DNA of 35,977 bases, taken from Thelocarpon superellum (taxonomy: Eukaryota). Within the stretch, counting starts at the first letter, position 1. Every line of letters starts with the position of its first letter. The DNA is taken from contig JAPEUG010000151.1 of assembly GCA_026025795.1 (NCBI GenBank), positions 1-35,977 of the forward strand, in the 5' to 3' direction. The position numbers and the translations under genes were made by a program. Shown here piece by piece: positions 1 through 11,524 of this stretch. The notes under the pieces are model-generated. The model had not been told where the DNA came from and did no database searches. It saw only the letters and a list, made by a program, of their open reading frames with translations.

Positions 1-907
1 GCTACCCCCAGCGGGTCAAGTCAGGGCCATCTTGTGCCCTAGTGTCACCCAAGCGGTAAGGATTGGCCCCAGCCTTGCTCGCTGAGACCTGACCCCCCTG
101 GCAAAACGCGAAATGAACTGGAACGGCGAGGACCAGCCATTGGCCCGATCCCCTGAATCGTCCCTCCGCCCACCTCGACCGGGTCCATCATAGGGGGCAG
201 CGCTGCAACGGCCGCGCTCGAGGCTCGCACGTCAAGCTCCCCAATTGCACGCGATACGCCTCCACATGATTTCCCAACCTGCTCCAACACCGTCGACCGC
301 GGTCGCCATTGGCGGTAGTGGGAAATGGCCAAAGGCTGTTCGCTCTATGATCATTCCACTTGGCCCGTTGCCCCGCGATGATGACCGAGTCGGACGAGGC
401 GTGAGTGCTTCCCAGGCACGCCGCCGGTCCGCCCGGGCCTCCCTGCGCAGCCGGCCGTTTGTGGTGCGGTGAAGGGGAATCGGCCAGGACCGTACGGCGA
501 CGCGCCCGGCGGCCCTTTTTTCCGCACTACAAGTACGATATGGAGGTGAGGTACTCCGTCCTGCTGGGCGATACACGCCCGACGCCGATTGCTGCGTGCT
601 TATGGCGCCTTTGACCCACCAGGCCGCCACCACCATTGGCTGGGCAATGAGGGCTGCGGTCTCCTGTAGGTCCCGAACCTACCACGTATGGCTTGCGTCG
701 TGCAATATGATCTTCGTGATAGCCCACGCCACACGTCCACGACCACGTCTGCTTCGCCCCCATTCCTCCGCCATTCCGTAATCCCGCCATTATTCCGTCA
801 TTTTTGCGGCTAGTGCACGATGCAGGAAGCCAGGCGCGTCGCTCGAAGATTGTGCCGGCTTTGGCGATCGGCGTTGGGCCCAAGTGCGGGTCGGTGCGAA
901 AATTGCG

Positions 908-942
908 GCTCCACGCTCCACGCTCCACGCTCCACGCCCCAC
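908..942. repeat. Tandem 7-bp repeat (GCTCCAC)x4 plus one degenerate unit
   Basis: gctccac repeated at 908, 915, 922 and 929, then gccccac at 936; intergenic. Confidence 0.9.
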
Positions 943-2063
943 ACCTGCACAGGCCGAAGAAGACGTCCCTCGATTTCTTCCCGAACCTTCTCTGGCCTGA
1001 CTCGTCCGGCGTCCAACACGACCTGATCGGCCGATCCATCGCCATTCGGCCTAATGTGTCTCGCTGCCCGCCCACGACCTTGGATGCTCCGACGCACGCT
1101 CGCATCCGGTCATGCCTATCTTTAGAGTAACACGCTACGCACTGTGCGTTTATGTGCGTTTGGGAAAAAGCTGGATATCTGCCTAGCTGCTGGTAACGGG
1201 ATCGCCCACTTCCACTCCGTACATGATCACCACATCGCTTCTGTCTCGCTTCTGTCTTCGTCATGAGACATGCGCGTAGTGGTCGAGCATTACTTCCGGA
1301 ATGGTGCCGCGCTCGACATCGCTTGGCTGAGATGAAGATCACAGACCACAAGGTCCTAATTCTTGCCGGGTAGTACTATTGGTGGAGATCTAACGCAACT
1401 ACATGTAAGACACGTACAACTGTTGGTTGGAACGAGCTCTTGATGCCTGACACCCATGGGTGCTGGCGTTCCCTATTGACCTCCGTCTGTCTTCTATCTC
1501 TAGGTGGAGTAGTCTACTCCACAATCTGATAGCAATTTGGTGGGTCACGTGGATTTATCACGTGAGGCCTGGACTTCCAACAACAACTTCATCTGTTCAG
1601 GTGACGAAATTAACATGAGGTCGTGTCAACCACACACACAGCCACCAGATCGATTTCAACATCCATGTCGATCTGCCGCGAAGCTCCCAGCAGTAAATTC
1701 CGCCATTACCCGTGTCTCGGGATCCTTCCTGTTGGGGCGCGGGCGTCGTAACGTGTGACCCTGCCGTGGGCCAGTACCGCCATCTTCGTGGACAAGTAAC
1801 CGGCACGTCGGCGTGATGGCGGTCCTGGCAGCCGAGACGACGAGTAGAAGTGAAGTGCTCGCTGAGCATGCCACTCCAGCAAGACTGAGGCAGGTCTAGC
1901 CCACATCTCCAGCAAAGGTCAGCGTCGTCATGATCGCGTAGGAGGCAAGAGCCTCGTACCTCAAGTTTGCCGCCGTCAGCTTCGCACCACGGGTCACGAC
2001 ATCGCTGCCGAGCCCTACGAGGCGTCATGTCCGTGGCAACACAGCCGAGATCGATGTCGGTCG

Positions 2064-2776
2064 TCAGCGGCCCTCGTGGGGCCCGCTGGAGCGCCGCGCG
2101 ACCCGGAGATTCCTCATCTGCACCTCCATCGCCCAGACCCGGTCGTCCAGGCTCCTCAGGAACCTCTCGTTGGCCTGCATGGATCTGGCAGGGCGGGATC
2201 AGCAGCCGTTCCTCTCGTCCAAGAGCCGAGGATGCTTTCCACTCACAGATGGGTCGTGGTGACTTCTTTGGCGATGCGACGGACCTGCAGGTGCTCCAGC
2301 CGATCCGATAAGGCTGTCACCTTCGGTCGCTTGTTGAGCCAGAGCACGCGACGGTAGAGGTCACATCGGTAGAGAGGACGGTGCGGGTCCAGGGCGAGGT
2401 CGACATCCGAGTCCTCCTCCTTGGGATGCGGGTAAAGGAGAAAGGGGTTCTCCATCTCGCGAAATTCCCGAAGCATGTCCTTCACCGAGGCATTGATGGC
2501 CCGGAGCGTCTCCCCGTGGACGTAGATGCGGTGCGTCTTGGTCCCGACCCGACGCACGTCGGTGTGGTGGAGCTTCCTCGCCCGGCGCAAGTACTCCCGC
2601 TCCTCCGTCAATTCGTAGCGCAGGTTCGACAGTGCATCTTGAATCTGCTGGGGCGCCGAGCCCAGGGTCTGGAAGGCCTCCCAGAAGGAACGGAGGAAGA
2701 TGCTGACGGTGAAGGCAAAGGACACAAAGCCAATTACCGTCGACACGGTCGAGACCGCCGTGCCGTCAGCGGCCAT
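2064..2776 (-). CDS. Uncharacterised fungal protein, about 216 aa, 2 exons; possible HeLo-like/fungal STAND N-terminal helical domain
   Basis: ATG at 2776 (MAADGTAVSTVSTVIGFVSFAFT...). Intron 2246-2185 (GTGAGT...CTGAT...CAG) restores the frame into exon 2 (LSMQANERFLRSLDDRVWAMEVQMRNLRVARRSSGPHEGR*). N-terminal hydrophobic helix, then SAPQQIQDALSNLRYEL and WLNKRPKVTALSDRLEHL. The fold call is inference. Confidence 0.75.
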
Positions 2777-3681
2777 GTTCAACACGACTCCGCGCACCCG
2801 GAACCATGCCACGCATGATATACGGGGAGAACGGTCTGGCCATTGCTCCGCTCATGTTGACCTGCGACGGCCACGGCGCCTCCGCCGCCCTCTCCCCGTT
2901 ACCTATGCGACTCCTGTCGTTGCGCAGAAGCTTGAGCCTTTGTTGTCGTGGTCCATGCCCCGCACCGACGACGCTAATCGATATGCGACGACGACCCATT
3001 TGTCGCGTGTTACCACCCTGACTCAGCCTCAGCAAGCTTCGCGAGAGCACCGGCGCCCATGAGCGAGTCGATCGGGCGTGAAGGTCGTGATCCGTCCTCT
3101 CGGGCTGGAAGGGTCACGAGAAGATGTCGACACGAGGTTCGGTGACGACGGCAGTGTGCGTAGTCTCGCAAAGTGATACATCGACCAAGAACGGCCCGCA
3201 CCTGCAGCGCACCGGTACTTCGGAGAGCTCGCCGTCCTCGTACCTGCAGCGTCGATCAACGGCGCTGCGACCGAACATAGGCGGAAAGTGTGGACCAAAG
3301 TCAGAAACCCGCCTACACGTACGCTACCGAGCCAATCAATGCCCGACCCTCGGTCGTCACGGTCAGATTTCGATTCACGACAGCATCAAAATGGGGCATC
3401 CGACATCGGAATGTGGCGACAGGGGATGAACCCCGTGCGCCCATGTCCTCTCCGTCATTACCAAGCGTTGGGGTGAAAAATTGATTCCAATGGTTGTACC
3501 TCTCGTTGCTACCCTAATCCATCTTGGGGAAGAAAGAGAAGACTCATTCCGCGTCCCTAACGTCCCGTTCCCCCGACCGGTCCCAGACTGGTTCGATGAG
3601 GTAAAGAGAAGAGCGCTGACCATCGTCAAGGATGTCACGCCAAAAAGGCTACAACGAAGGAACAAAGGGAAAAGTTATGTA

Positions 3682-5514
3682 TCACCAATCCATGTCGTCC
3701 GATTTGGACTTGAGCCCCGTGGTGGTCACGGACTGTGTGGCTGATGTCCACTGCGAGACTCGCCGGGGCTCCTTGGAGTTGTAGGTCCACGAGGACACGG
3801 TCGATCCCGAGGAGCTTCGTCGCGCGTTCACATATCGCGCCCACGTATTGGTGAGGACCATGTACTTGACGCTGCGCTCGGCCCGGTCGAAGACGTGCGA
3901 GTCGAAGCCTTCGGGGATGCTGGCTTGTGCAGAGGCGAAGAGATGCTCCGACGACGTCGTCTGGAGGTTGCCCATTTGATGCACCTCGACGCCCAATGAC
4001 TTGGTCGAGGTCGAGCGCGCGAGGCTCGCACCGTCCATGGCCTCGGAGACCTCGTTGATGCGCGCGATCGTTGCGATGGCCCAGGGGTCGGAGAAGGGCG
4101 CAACGACCGAGGCGGCGACCGAGGTCGGCTTCTCGCGCCCAAACACCTTGTTGAGCGTCAGGTAGATGTCGCTCTCGACGTTGATGGGGAACTGTGATGA
4201 CTGCAGGCTGACGCTGCGCTCGAAGATATCCGTGGCCGAGGCGAAGAGCTTCTGTCGCTGATCCAACGTCAGGTTGCCCTTGCGTGCCTCCGTATCTTGC
4301 CATGTCTCCTTCCACCGACGCACGCGGATGAGAAAGACAATATTCTCTCCCGTAAACTCGCGCGTCGCCGCATACTCGAGCAAGTCCCCCGCATTCTCCC
4401 GCAACGCATCTTCAAAGGCCTGCATCTTGCTCTTCTGCCCCGGTGGGCCGCTCTCCAGATCCGTGCCTGCGGATGAGGCCAGCGACGGTTCCACCGCCGG
4501 CGTCCGTCGCCGATAGGCCTTGTACACCTCCCAGAGCGGGAATGCCAGGCTGACGAACTCCATCATCATGAGGCCCGGAACGAACCTGGGCCGAGTCAGC
4601 GCCATGGAGACTTCACGTCGTCTTCAGCACCACTCACCACATGCCAAAGGACCAGCTCGGCACCACTTTCTGGAAGGCCTTCGAGTTGGAACTGGCGAGC
4701 CACATGGGAAGTCCCGGCAGGCTGTTGGCGCATCATCAGCGGCGAGTTTCTCTCACTTATGGGAGGTCTGGGCGCACCTGAAGACGATGGTAAGCACCGT
4801 CTGCACCTTCCATCGGTAAACGTCGTGAATGTGTCGAATCTTCCACACCAGCCATGGTCCAAAGCCATACGTCCACAGGCCTTGATAGAGGATGGTGGGG
4901 ATCCACTCCCAGCCCTGGGTGCACGTGTGGTTGGTGCCGGCGTGGCCGGCGATGCCAAAGCTCACGAACTTGCGCGAGAGGAAGAAGATGATGATGGAGA
5001 TGATGATCTGGGTGACGACGCAGATGCCGATGCTGTAGTAGATGCGTGACAGGAGGGTCATGCTCTGCCAGCGCGCACGCAGTTTGGCCAGGGTCAAGTC
5101 GTCGCTCGTAAAGTGGGTGGGTCGTCGTAAGGGCTGGGCGCGGAGCTCGCGTTGCATCGCGCTCACGCTGAGCAGTTGGAGATTGGCGGCCTGGAAGAGC
5201 GCGATGCCCAGGGGGAAGTAGATGCTCATGACCCAGTAGTTCAGGATACACGGATAGGATCCATTGAGCGGGTTGATCATGAGCATCGCCGTGACGTAGA
5301 TCTGGATCATGAAGACGGCCGTGATGATCAAGAAGGGATTCCGTTTCCGAATGTATTCGTGCTTGCGGAAGTAGTAGAGCCCGAAGATGCCGGCCAACAC
5401 CATGCACATCCAGACGGCATTGACGACGACGTATGCTACACCCAGCTTCGAGAGATAGGGCGTGCCATACGGCGCGCCCTCACGGCTCTCGATCAGCGGC
5501 CTGGAGTCGTCCAT
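3682..5514 (-). CDS. gprK: Seven-transmembrane receptor fused to an RGS domain (fungal GprK-like, class VI GPCR)
   Basis: ATG at 5514 (MDDSRPL). Introns 4777-4722 and 4637-4586 (GT..CTGAY..AG) join ORFs 4753-5571 and 3682-4605 through a short exon (LPGLPMWLASSNSKAFQKVVPSWSFGMW). Seven hydrophobic segments. RGS motifs YAATREFTGENIVFL, SQFPINVESD and VFDRAERSVKYMVLTNTW. Confidence 0.88.
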
Positions 5515-6221
5515 GGCTGCGCTCGAAGCGAGGGGCGAAGCAATCGGGCAGGCCTCGCGCAGGCCTTGCACGACGTGATCGTGAAGACGACGCCGGGCGA
5601 CGGGCGTTGTTTGTATGGTTGCGGCCGTCGCACGGTGGAGATGCCTACCTTAGTCCTACCATACCATCCCATGCCGGTAGACACCTCCAGACCCTGCCGT
5701 AGGCCGCCGATCGGCCATGGCGTGAGAGACGCCTCGGAACGGGCTAGGTATGCAGGTCGACGCGAAGACTTAACGGCCGCGAGACCCGATAGGCCGAGCG
5801 ATGGGGCCCTCATGACGGTGCCTCGGGGCGAAATTTGCCCCCCAGCCCGCAGGGACCGAGCATGCGTAAGGCAAGTGCTCCGTGGTAGGGTGGGGACGGG
5901 CCAGGAGACATGGGACTGATGCAGGCCAATGGTGCCAAGGTTGCAGGATATGTCATGGGTGTGCCCGACCTCGCCTGGCGTTTTGTCAAGACGCCCACGC
6001 CTGTCACGGACTAGAGCGTTAGCCGATACTTGGTCGAACAGGCCACGGCGGGCCAGAGAAACGCCACCAGTTTGGAGCCACGGGTGGGCCCAGTGACCAT
6101 AGGGGGCCAGCGATGGTGCGTCGTCGCTGCCACCAGGGCGCGTGCGCGTACGCGTGCGGACGTCGAGCGGCAGCCCATTGACACCTCGCCCCGTCTTACC
6201 ATACCATTCCGTAAGATCGCA

Positions 6222-6312
6222 ACTACTACGACTACTAGATTACCACGACTACTAGTCACGACTCTTCCTACTAAACTACTACTACTACTACTAGTATAGT
6301 AGGAAGAGTCGT
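6222..6312. repeat. CTA-rich microsatellite with a flanking perfect 16-bp inverted repeat
   Basis: ACGACTCTTCCTACTA (6258-6273) and its reverse complement TAGTAGGAAGAGTCGT (6297-6312) enclose (CTA)n. Confidence 0.9.
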
Positions 6313-8382
6313 AATCGTATTCGTAAGGTACATGCCATACTGGTACCACCAGTCAGGTATGGAAATGAAGAAACTTGTATCTAAGCGACGAACGAGCTTT
6401 CGTGGGTGTTGGTGCAGCGGGATCTGCCTGTCAGCCCGGATCCCGGGGCTCGTGTCAATAACACGGACTGGTGCTCCGTGCGTTTCGTACGACTTGTCCA
6501 GGACTCGCGATCGCCCAGTCTATGACTACGAGACTACCATACTGGTACAAGTACAGGGCCCCGACGATGGAGGTGGGGCTGTCATGGGAGCTACTGGAGT
6601 TGATAGGGGCATGGACGTGGGATCGATAGATAAGTCGTCGCGAGCGCCCACAATCTACTGACTCTTACCATCCGGGTACGATGCCACCCAGCCAATGACG
6701 AGCTGGCGTGACCCTGTACGAGAACAAGTAGCTCTGTGGGTCGCGGGGGCTGCGTACCCGTAGAGAAGAGGTTCCCTGACATCGTAAGACCGCCAGCTCG
6801 TGACCTGATTTGCCTCCCTCGGCCGCCCACAAGCTCCCTCGCTTGTCCAGGAAAGTCGCGCGTAGTAGTGACTGCGGAGTGTGCCGTGAGGAAGCGGGTC
6901 AAAGTATGCTGGGAGGACTGGGATTCCGGGCAAGGCTGGCCAGCATCGCGCGCGCATTGGTCCATGATCCTGCAAGGGGGCTAGTAGATCGACTCGGATG
7001 CCTCCCCGGCAAGCTCCGCTTCCCATTCAGCGTCCTCCGGCCACCACCATAGTACGAGTACGAGTAGGATGGAAGACTAGAAAGGCGTGTGCCAGACACG
7101 CTCCGGCATGTCCTTCTTGCTCTGCTCCGCTGCTGTCTTGCGTCATCGGCGGGGAATTGGCCAGTCCCGGCGTGAGTCGTGGAATCCAAGGATCGCGCTT
7201 TGCTACAAGCACCAACACCTTCGAGGGTACATGATGCGTTCCCAGAGGCTGTCAGTATCACCTGAATATGATACGATACGTTGGTCGTAACAAGCGGGTC
7301 CTTTGGATGTGGATGACAATCCTTCTGTTTCAGGCGGAAGCTTATCGACCGCTCGTCGTGGCGAGCCGATGTCGTCAAGCTTTTGTAGACATCGCGCTCC
7401 GTGGTGGAGTCCGTGGTCAAACGCACTCTTACCAGCAGGAGGTGTAGCTCAGATCTTGCAACCATTGGAGGGTTGTTGGCTTCCGTAATCATCTGTCGGA
7501 AGGAACCTCGCGAAGCCGGAGCGCCCAGCAGGTCGACGTGCTTATACGCCTTCTGATCCATTCGTCATATCTGCAGCTACTTGGACGGCGCAGGCCCGGT
7601 ACACATCTGCGCTACGAACGTAGGGGATCATGCCAGGTACCCGCTACCTGGCGTCTCGCCCGCGGGCGACGGCTTGCATCGAGATCCAAGTATCGGCGGG
7701 AAAGCGGGAGGCTAGTTGAGCCGTAGTTGCGCCGTCCTACATTAGCGACGAGTATTAGCAATACTTGGATCTGTGGAAACTCGTCCTACGATTCCAGTGA
7801 GGTTCGTGGAACTTCTCGGAGGACCCGCGATTTGCACCGGTTACTGTAGCTTCGCACTCGCAGCCGGAGGCGCACTGGGGGCCCAAGTCAGTCATGGTGC
7901 GTTGGTGTGGAAATCACGGTCATCGTCTGCACTCATGGCGGGAAATCGACGCCAGCTACTACTCGTAGCGACCCATCTCCCGGCGACCACCATGACTCGG
8001 AGGGCAGTGAGCTTACGTCTCCGGAGAAGCTTATTTGTGCGAGTACGATGAGTTCCCGCACCATACTGGCTCCCAGTGACAAATATCTTGACGATCGATA
8101 GCCGGCTCTCAAGCCAAGCCTGACAGCCGAGACTGCTTGTACTTCCTCGGCCGACGTGGGTCCGGGAGCGCGCTCTCGCGCACGTACGATGCCAGCACGG
8201 ACCATAGTCGTGTGTCCCAAGTATCCATATGCTCCGTCCGCACGTTGGGTTGAATTGGCGACCGGTGGCGGGTGCGAGCGAGCGGTTCGAACTATCGATC
8301 TTGCTCCCCTACCATGATCGGTCCTAGCAAGGTCACGTTGCAGCGGCGGCCTGTCGCCGATGAGAAGCAGAGGGCGTAACAT

Positions 8383-10503
8383 CTAACCGGGAGACTTCCG
8401 GGTCAGCCCTTTGAGAATGTCGAGCTTCTCCTGAGCCGCTCGAAAGGCAGCGTCGGATTCGGGAGACATGGCGGGGGCTCCGGGACTCTGGGTCTGCGGG
8501 GTGGAGCCGGAATTTGACGGAGCGGCCGGGCTCCATTGGCCTGGCATGGCTGGCGGTGCGTGGCCACGAAAGAAGGCCGGGTTTACAAACGCCCCCGCCG
8601 GAAGAGACCCACCCGGACTGGGCGGTGGCGGCGAAGAGTTGAAGAACGAAGCTAGCGAGGGGTGCGCAGCAGATGGGAAGGCTGGCATGGTGGGATGCGA
8701 AGGCCATGTCGGTGGCGGTGGCGGTGGCGGTGGAGAGTAGAACGGGGCGTACGGCATCGGAGTGTGAGTCGAGGAGGGATAGAAGGTAGGCGTCGGCGAT
8801 GTGGACAAAGCTGACGCAGGGCCTGCACTCACAGGTGCTGGGAGGTCAGTCCCGGGGTGTTGTTGACTCGGCATCGTCGAGGTGTCCTGTCGATGCCCGT
8901 GCCAGCCGTCGCGGTAGTCTCGCTCGTGGCGTCCGCGCGCGACGTCAGCAACGGACCGGCGATCCCCGCGCATCCCACCGCGCTGACCTCGTCCGCGGTC
9001 CATGCCTCGCCCACGACCTCGACCACGTCCACCCCGACTGGCCAGGTCGCCACGGTCACGGCCTCGTCGGACCTCGGCCGGTACATCGTGGGACCGCATC
9101 AGCTCTTCGAAGTTTGTAGGCCGGGCCAGCGGAGTGTAGAGATCGTCTTCGACATTGGCCTCGGCTGCATCCGACCGAGGACCGAGGTCGTCGTAGCTCA
9201 GCGCATGATTGTTCGTCGTCGTCTGAGGTGCGTGCCGCGCGGGCCCAGCATGGGATCCAAAGCGTGAACCTCCCCTCCGCGCCTGACGTTCCTGCTTCAC
9301 TCGCCGTTTGTATTCCGCCTCGGCTTCATCATCGGAGAATTCTAGTTCATCGTCGCCCACCTCCTCGTCGTGCAGGTTGGAGGCGTCGGAGCCCTTCATG
9401 GCTTGGAGGGGCTGGGTAAAGACGTAGGTTGCAAAGGCGTCGACGTAGTACACCGTCGTTCCCACCACGACGCCGGCTTCGGCAATCTCCTCGTGGCTGT
9501 TGAATCGCACCGAGTACATCGGTTGCTGGACTCGGCCCAAGGGCTCGGCCACGGCGCCGATGACAGTGCGGTCCTCTAGGCAGAGCACGGAGCCAGTCTC
9601 CAACACCTGGTATTCGCCCGACACATGAGCCTGGATCAGGATGATGTTATCGATCAGCGACTGCACAACACCCAAGGCTTGAAGCCTCATCTCAGGCGGG
9701 ATCACGACGTCAGGCTTGGCGACGAAGTCCTCGATGACCTCGTTCTTCGTCCGCACGGTTCCGCCCGCCTTGCCTGCACGAGGGCCGCCCCCTTCATCAT
9801 CCGACCCACCCTCGCCCTGCATCAGGATACGCGCTTGTTCCTCGGGATCTAGCAGCTCGTAGTCGTCGCCATCGCCATCTTCCTCGTCCGATGACGATCC
9901 GCTGGAGGATGAGGTGTTATCCGATGACGATGCAGGGTCGTTTGACGAGTCGGCTTCCCATTCGGGGTCTTCGGCCGGCTTCTCTCCTCCTACATCGATG
10001 ACCAGGGGCGTGGCGTCATCTCGCGATGGTGATGCAGCCAGATCGCCAGCAGCGTCGGTCAACGAGACAGGAGGGTGGACCTCGCTTGTCGCGGGAATAT
10101 CATGGGCATCCTGCACTCCGTCACGACCGTCCGAAGTGGCGACGGTTTCCGCGATGACGGTCCCCGTGGCTAGCTGCTTGGCATTGTCGTGGAACGAAGA
10201 GCTCGAAGCGACCAAGAGGCCTAGACCAGGAATCACCGAGGCCGTTTTCTGCGGTATGGCTGCCGGTGACTGGCCATCCGTCTGCTGGGTTTGCACTTCT
10301 GTGTGAGAGACGGAGGGGGCAATGAATAGGGGATGAGGAACGTCGGCTTTTGATGGGGTGCCGTAGATGTCATCCATGTCGTCCGACGGTGTCCGGGGCG
10401 GTGAGGCGTCAGCGGCCGGGCTTTCGAGACGGATTTTTTTCGAGGGTGGTTCGTGATACGCGTCCTCAAGCCCAGGTGGCGCTTGTACTGGAATCTCCGC
10501 CAT
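8383..10503 (-). CDS. NAF1: H/ACA RNP assembly factor Naf1 (Gar1/Naf1 domain)
   Basis: Single long ORF with first ATG at 10503. Acidic Ser-rich tract, RTKNE, the Naf1 core (LETGSVLCLEDRTVIGAVAEPLGRVQQPMYSVRF), KGSDASNLHDEEV..EFSDDEAEAEYKR, an RGG box and a Pro-rich tail. Confidence 0.93.
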   Translation of the reverse strand: MAEIPVQAPPGLEDAYHEPPSKKIRLESPAADASPPRTPSDDMDDIYGTPSKADVPHPLFIAPSVSHTEVQTQQTDGQSPAAIPQKTASVIPGLGLLVASSSSFHDNAKQLATGTVIAETVATSDGRDGVQDAHDIPATSEVHPPVSLTDAAGDLAASPSRDDATPLVIDVGGEKPAEDPEWEADSSNDPASSSDNTSSSSGSSSDEEDGDGDDYELLDPEEQARILMQGEGGSDDEGGGPRAGKAGGTVRTKNEVIEDFVAKPDVVIPPEMRLQALGVVQSLIDNIILIQAHVSGEYQVLETGSVLCLEDRTVIGAVAEPLGRVQQPMYSVRFNSHEEIAEAGVVVGTTVYYVDAFATYVFTQPLQAMKGSDASNLHDEEVGDDELEFSDDEAEAEYKRRVKQERQARRGGSRFGSHAGPARHAPQTTTNNHALSYDDLGPRSDAAEANVEDDLYTPLARPTNFEELMRSHDVPAEVRRGRDRGDLASRGGRGRGRGRGMDRGRGQRGGMRGDRRSVADVARGRHERDYRDGWHGHRQDTSTMPSQQHPGTDLPAPVSAGPASALSTSPTPTFYPSSTHTPMPYAPFYSPPPPPPPPTWPSHPTMPAFPSAAHPSLASFFNSSPPPPSPGGSLPAGAFVNPAFFRGHAPPAMPGQWSPAAPSNSGSTPQTQSPGAPAMSPESDAAFRAAQEKLDILKGLTRKSPG

Positions 10504-11524
10504 CACGCCGATCCTCGTGCAGGCTCTGGTGCAGGCGCTTGTGTTCTTGGCTGCGCATCATCAACATGGAGCAGCTCGATAGCGAGCGGCTGTTTCAACA
10601 ACAAAGCGAGGCGTTGACGTGGGGAAAATTTCACTCAGAGTATCCGCTACACTACTCGCGAGTGCAAGCCTGCATCCGAGACCATGAGTTCGCGGAACAT
10701 ACTCGTACGCTACGCTCCAGGCTACGCTCAACTATACAGCACGTCCAACTCCAACTAGAGAGTAGCGTTTTCACCCACGGTGTCATCGGACGTCTCGCGT
10801 AGCTTTTGATCCATTTGAATCGTTCCATGTGTGACAAGGTACGAGACCCAGGTTTCTAGGCCTAGGTCAGGTTGAGTATCTCAGGGATCCCCCGTTTCCA
10901 TTGGTGCAGAATCAAGGACCGTTTCGTTATATTTCACATTCCCGCGCAAATTTGGTGCCAATACTTTTGAGACAACGTAAATCTATTTGCCGAAGACCTG
11001 CTGGCATTTCTTACGCGGCGGCTCAGGACGTTGGGGTGAGGAGAATGACGATGGATGATATGATTGTCGGGCCGCCGACTTCTACGACCTTTGCGCACGC
11101 TGAGTGCCTTAGATCTCTGCCGGATATTTAAAGTGCGATTGATAGATGGGAGGGAGGGAATACCGATGGCGCTGACCTCACAGTACAAGCAAGGTGAAGA
11201 GATAAATTCCGGTCACGCACACCAGAGAGACGAACGCCTGCTTCATGAGCAAGGATCCTTCGCGCTTAGCCCATAAGTAGCATAGCTCAAGGGCCACCTT
11301 GCTTTCTTCCCTCGTTACCCGCAACATTCATCCGAAGCGAGTGGGAGGCGAGCGTCATGGCGAGCGTGGCCGTCTGTTGTTTGTTGGCCGTCGGATGTCG
11401 TCTGTCGTCGATGAGACTTGGCCACTACACTGTCTGCAACGTCCCAAGTCCGTGGACGAGGAGAACCTTGTCCTTGACGGCCATGCTTCCTCATTCGTCA
11501 AGGTGGTGAGAGCACTGCACGATC

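Noticed and set aside
540..1130. Possible spliced + strand ORF starting ATGGAG|GTGAGG
   Set aside because: Splice-like signals exist, but the product has no recognisable motif, needs an implausibly short second intron and runs through a 7-bp tandem repeat.
527..1351. 274-aa minus-strand ORF
   Set aside because: Non-ATG start, Arg/Gly/Ser-rich composition typical of chance ORFs in GC-rich DNA, and no family motif.
6899..7561. 220-aa ATG-initiated minus-strand ORF (MDQKAYKHV...)
   Set aside because: No recognisable domain, it crosses the TACGAG repeat patch, and codon usage is unconvincing. An orphan gene cannot be excluded without RNA data.
10848..10895. Minus-strand CTGAGA...AACCTGA resembling a TPP riboswitch core
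   Set aside because: The P5 loop and 3' GCGnAGG consensus are missing, and no thiamine gene is adjacent.
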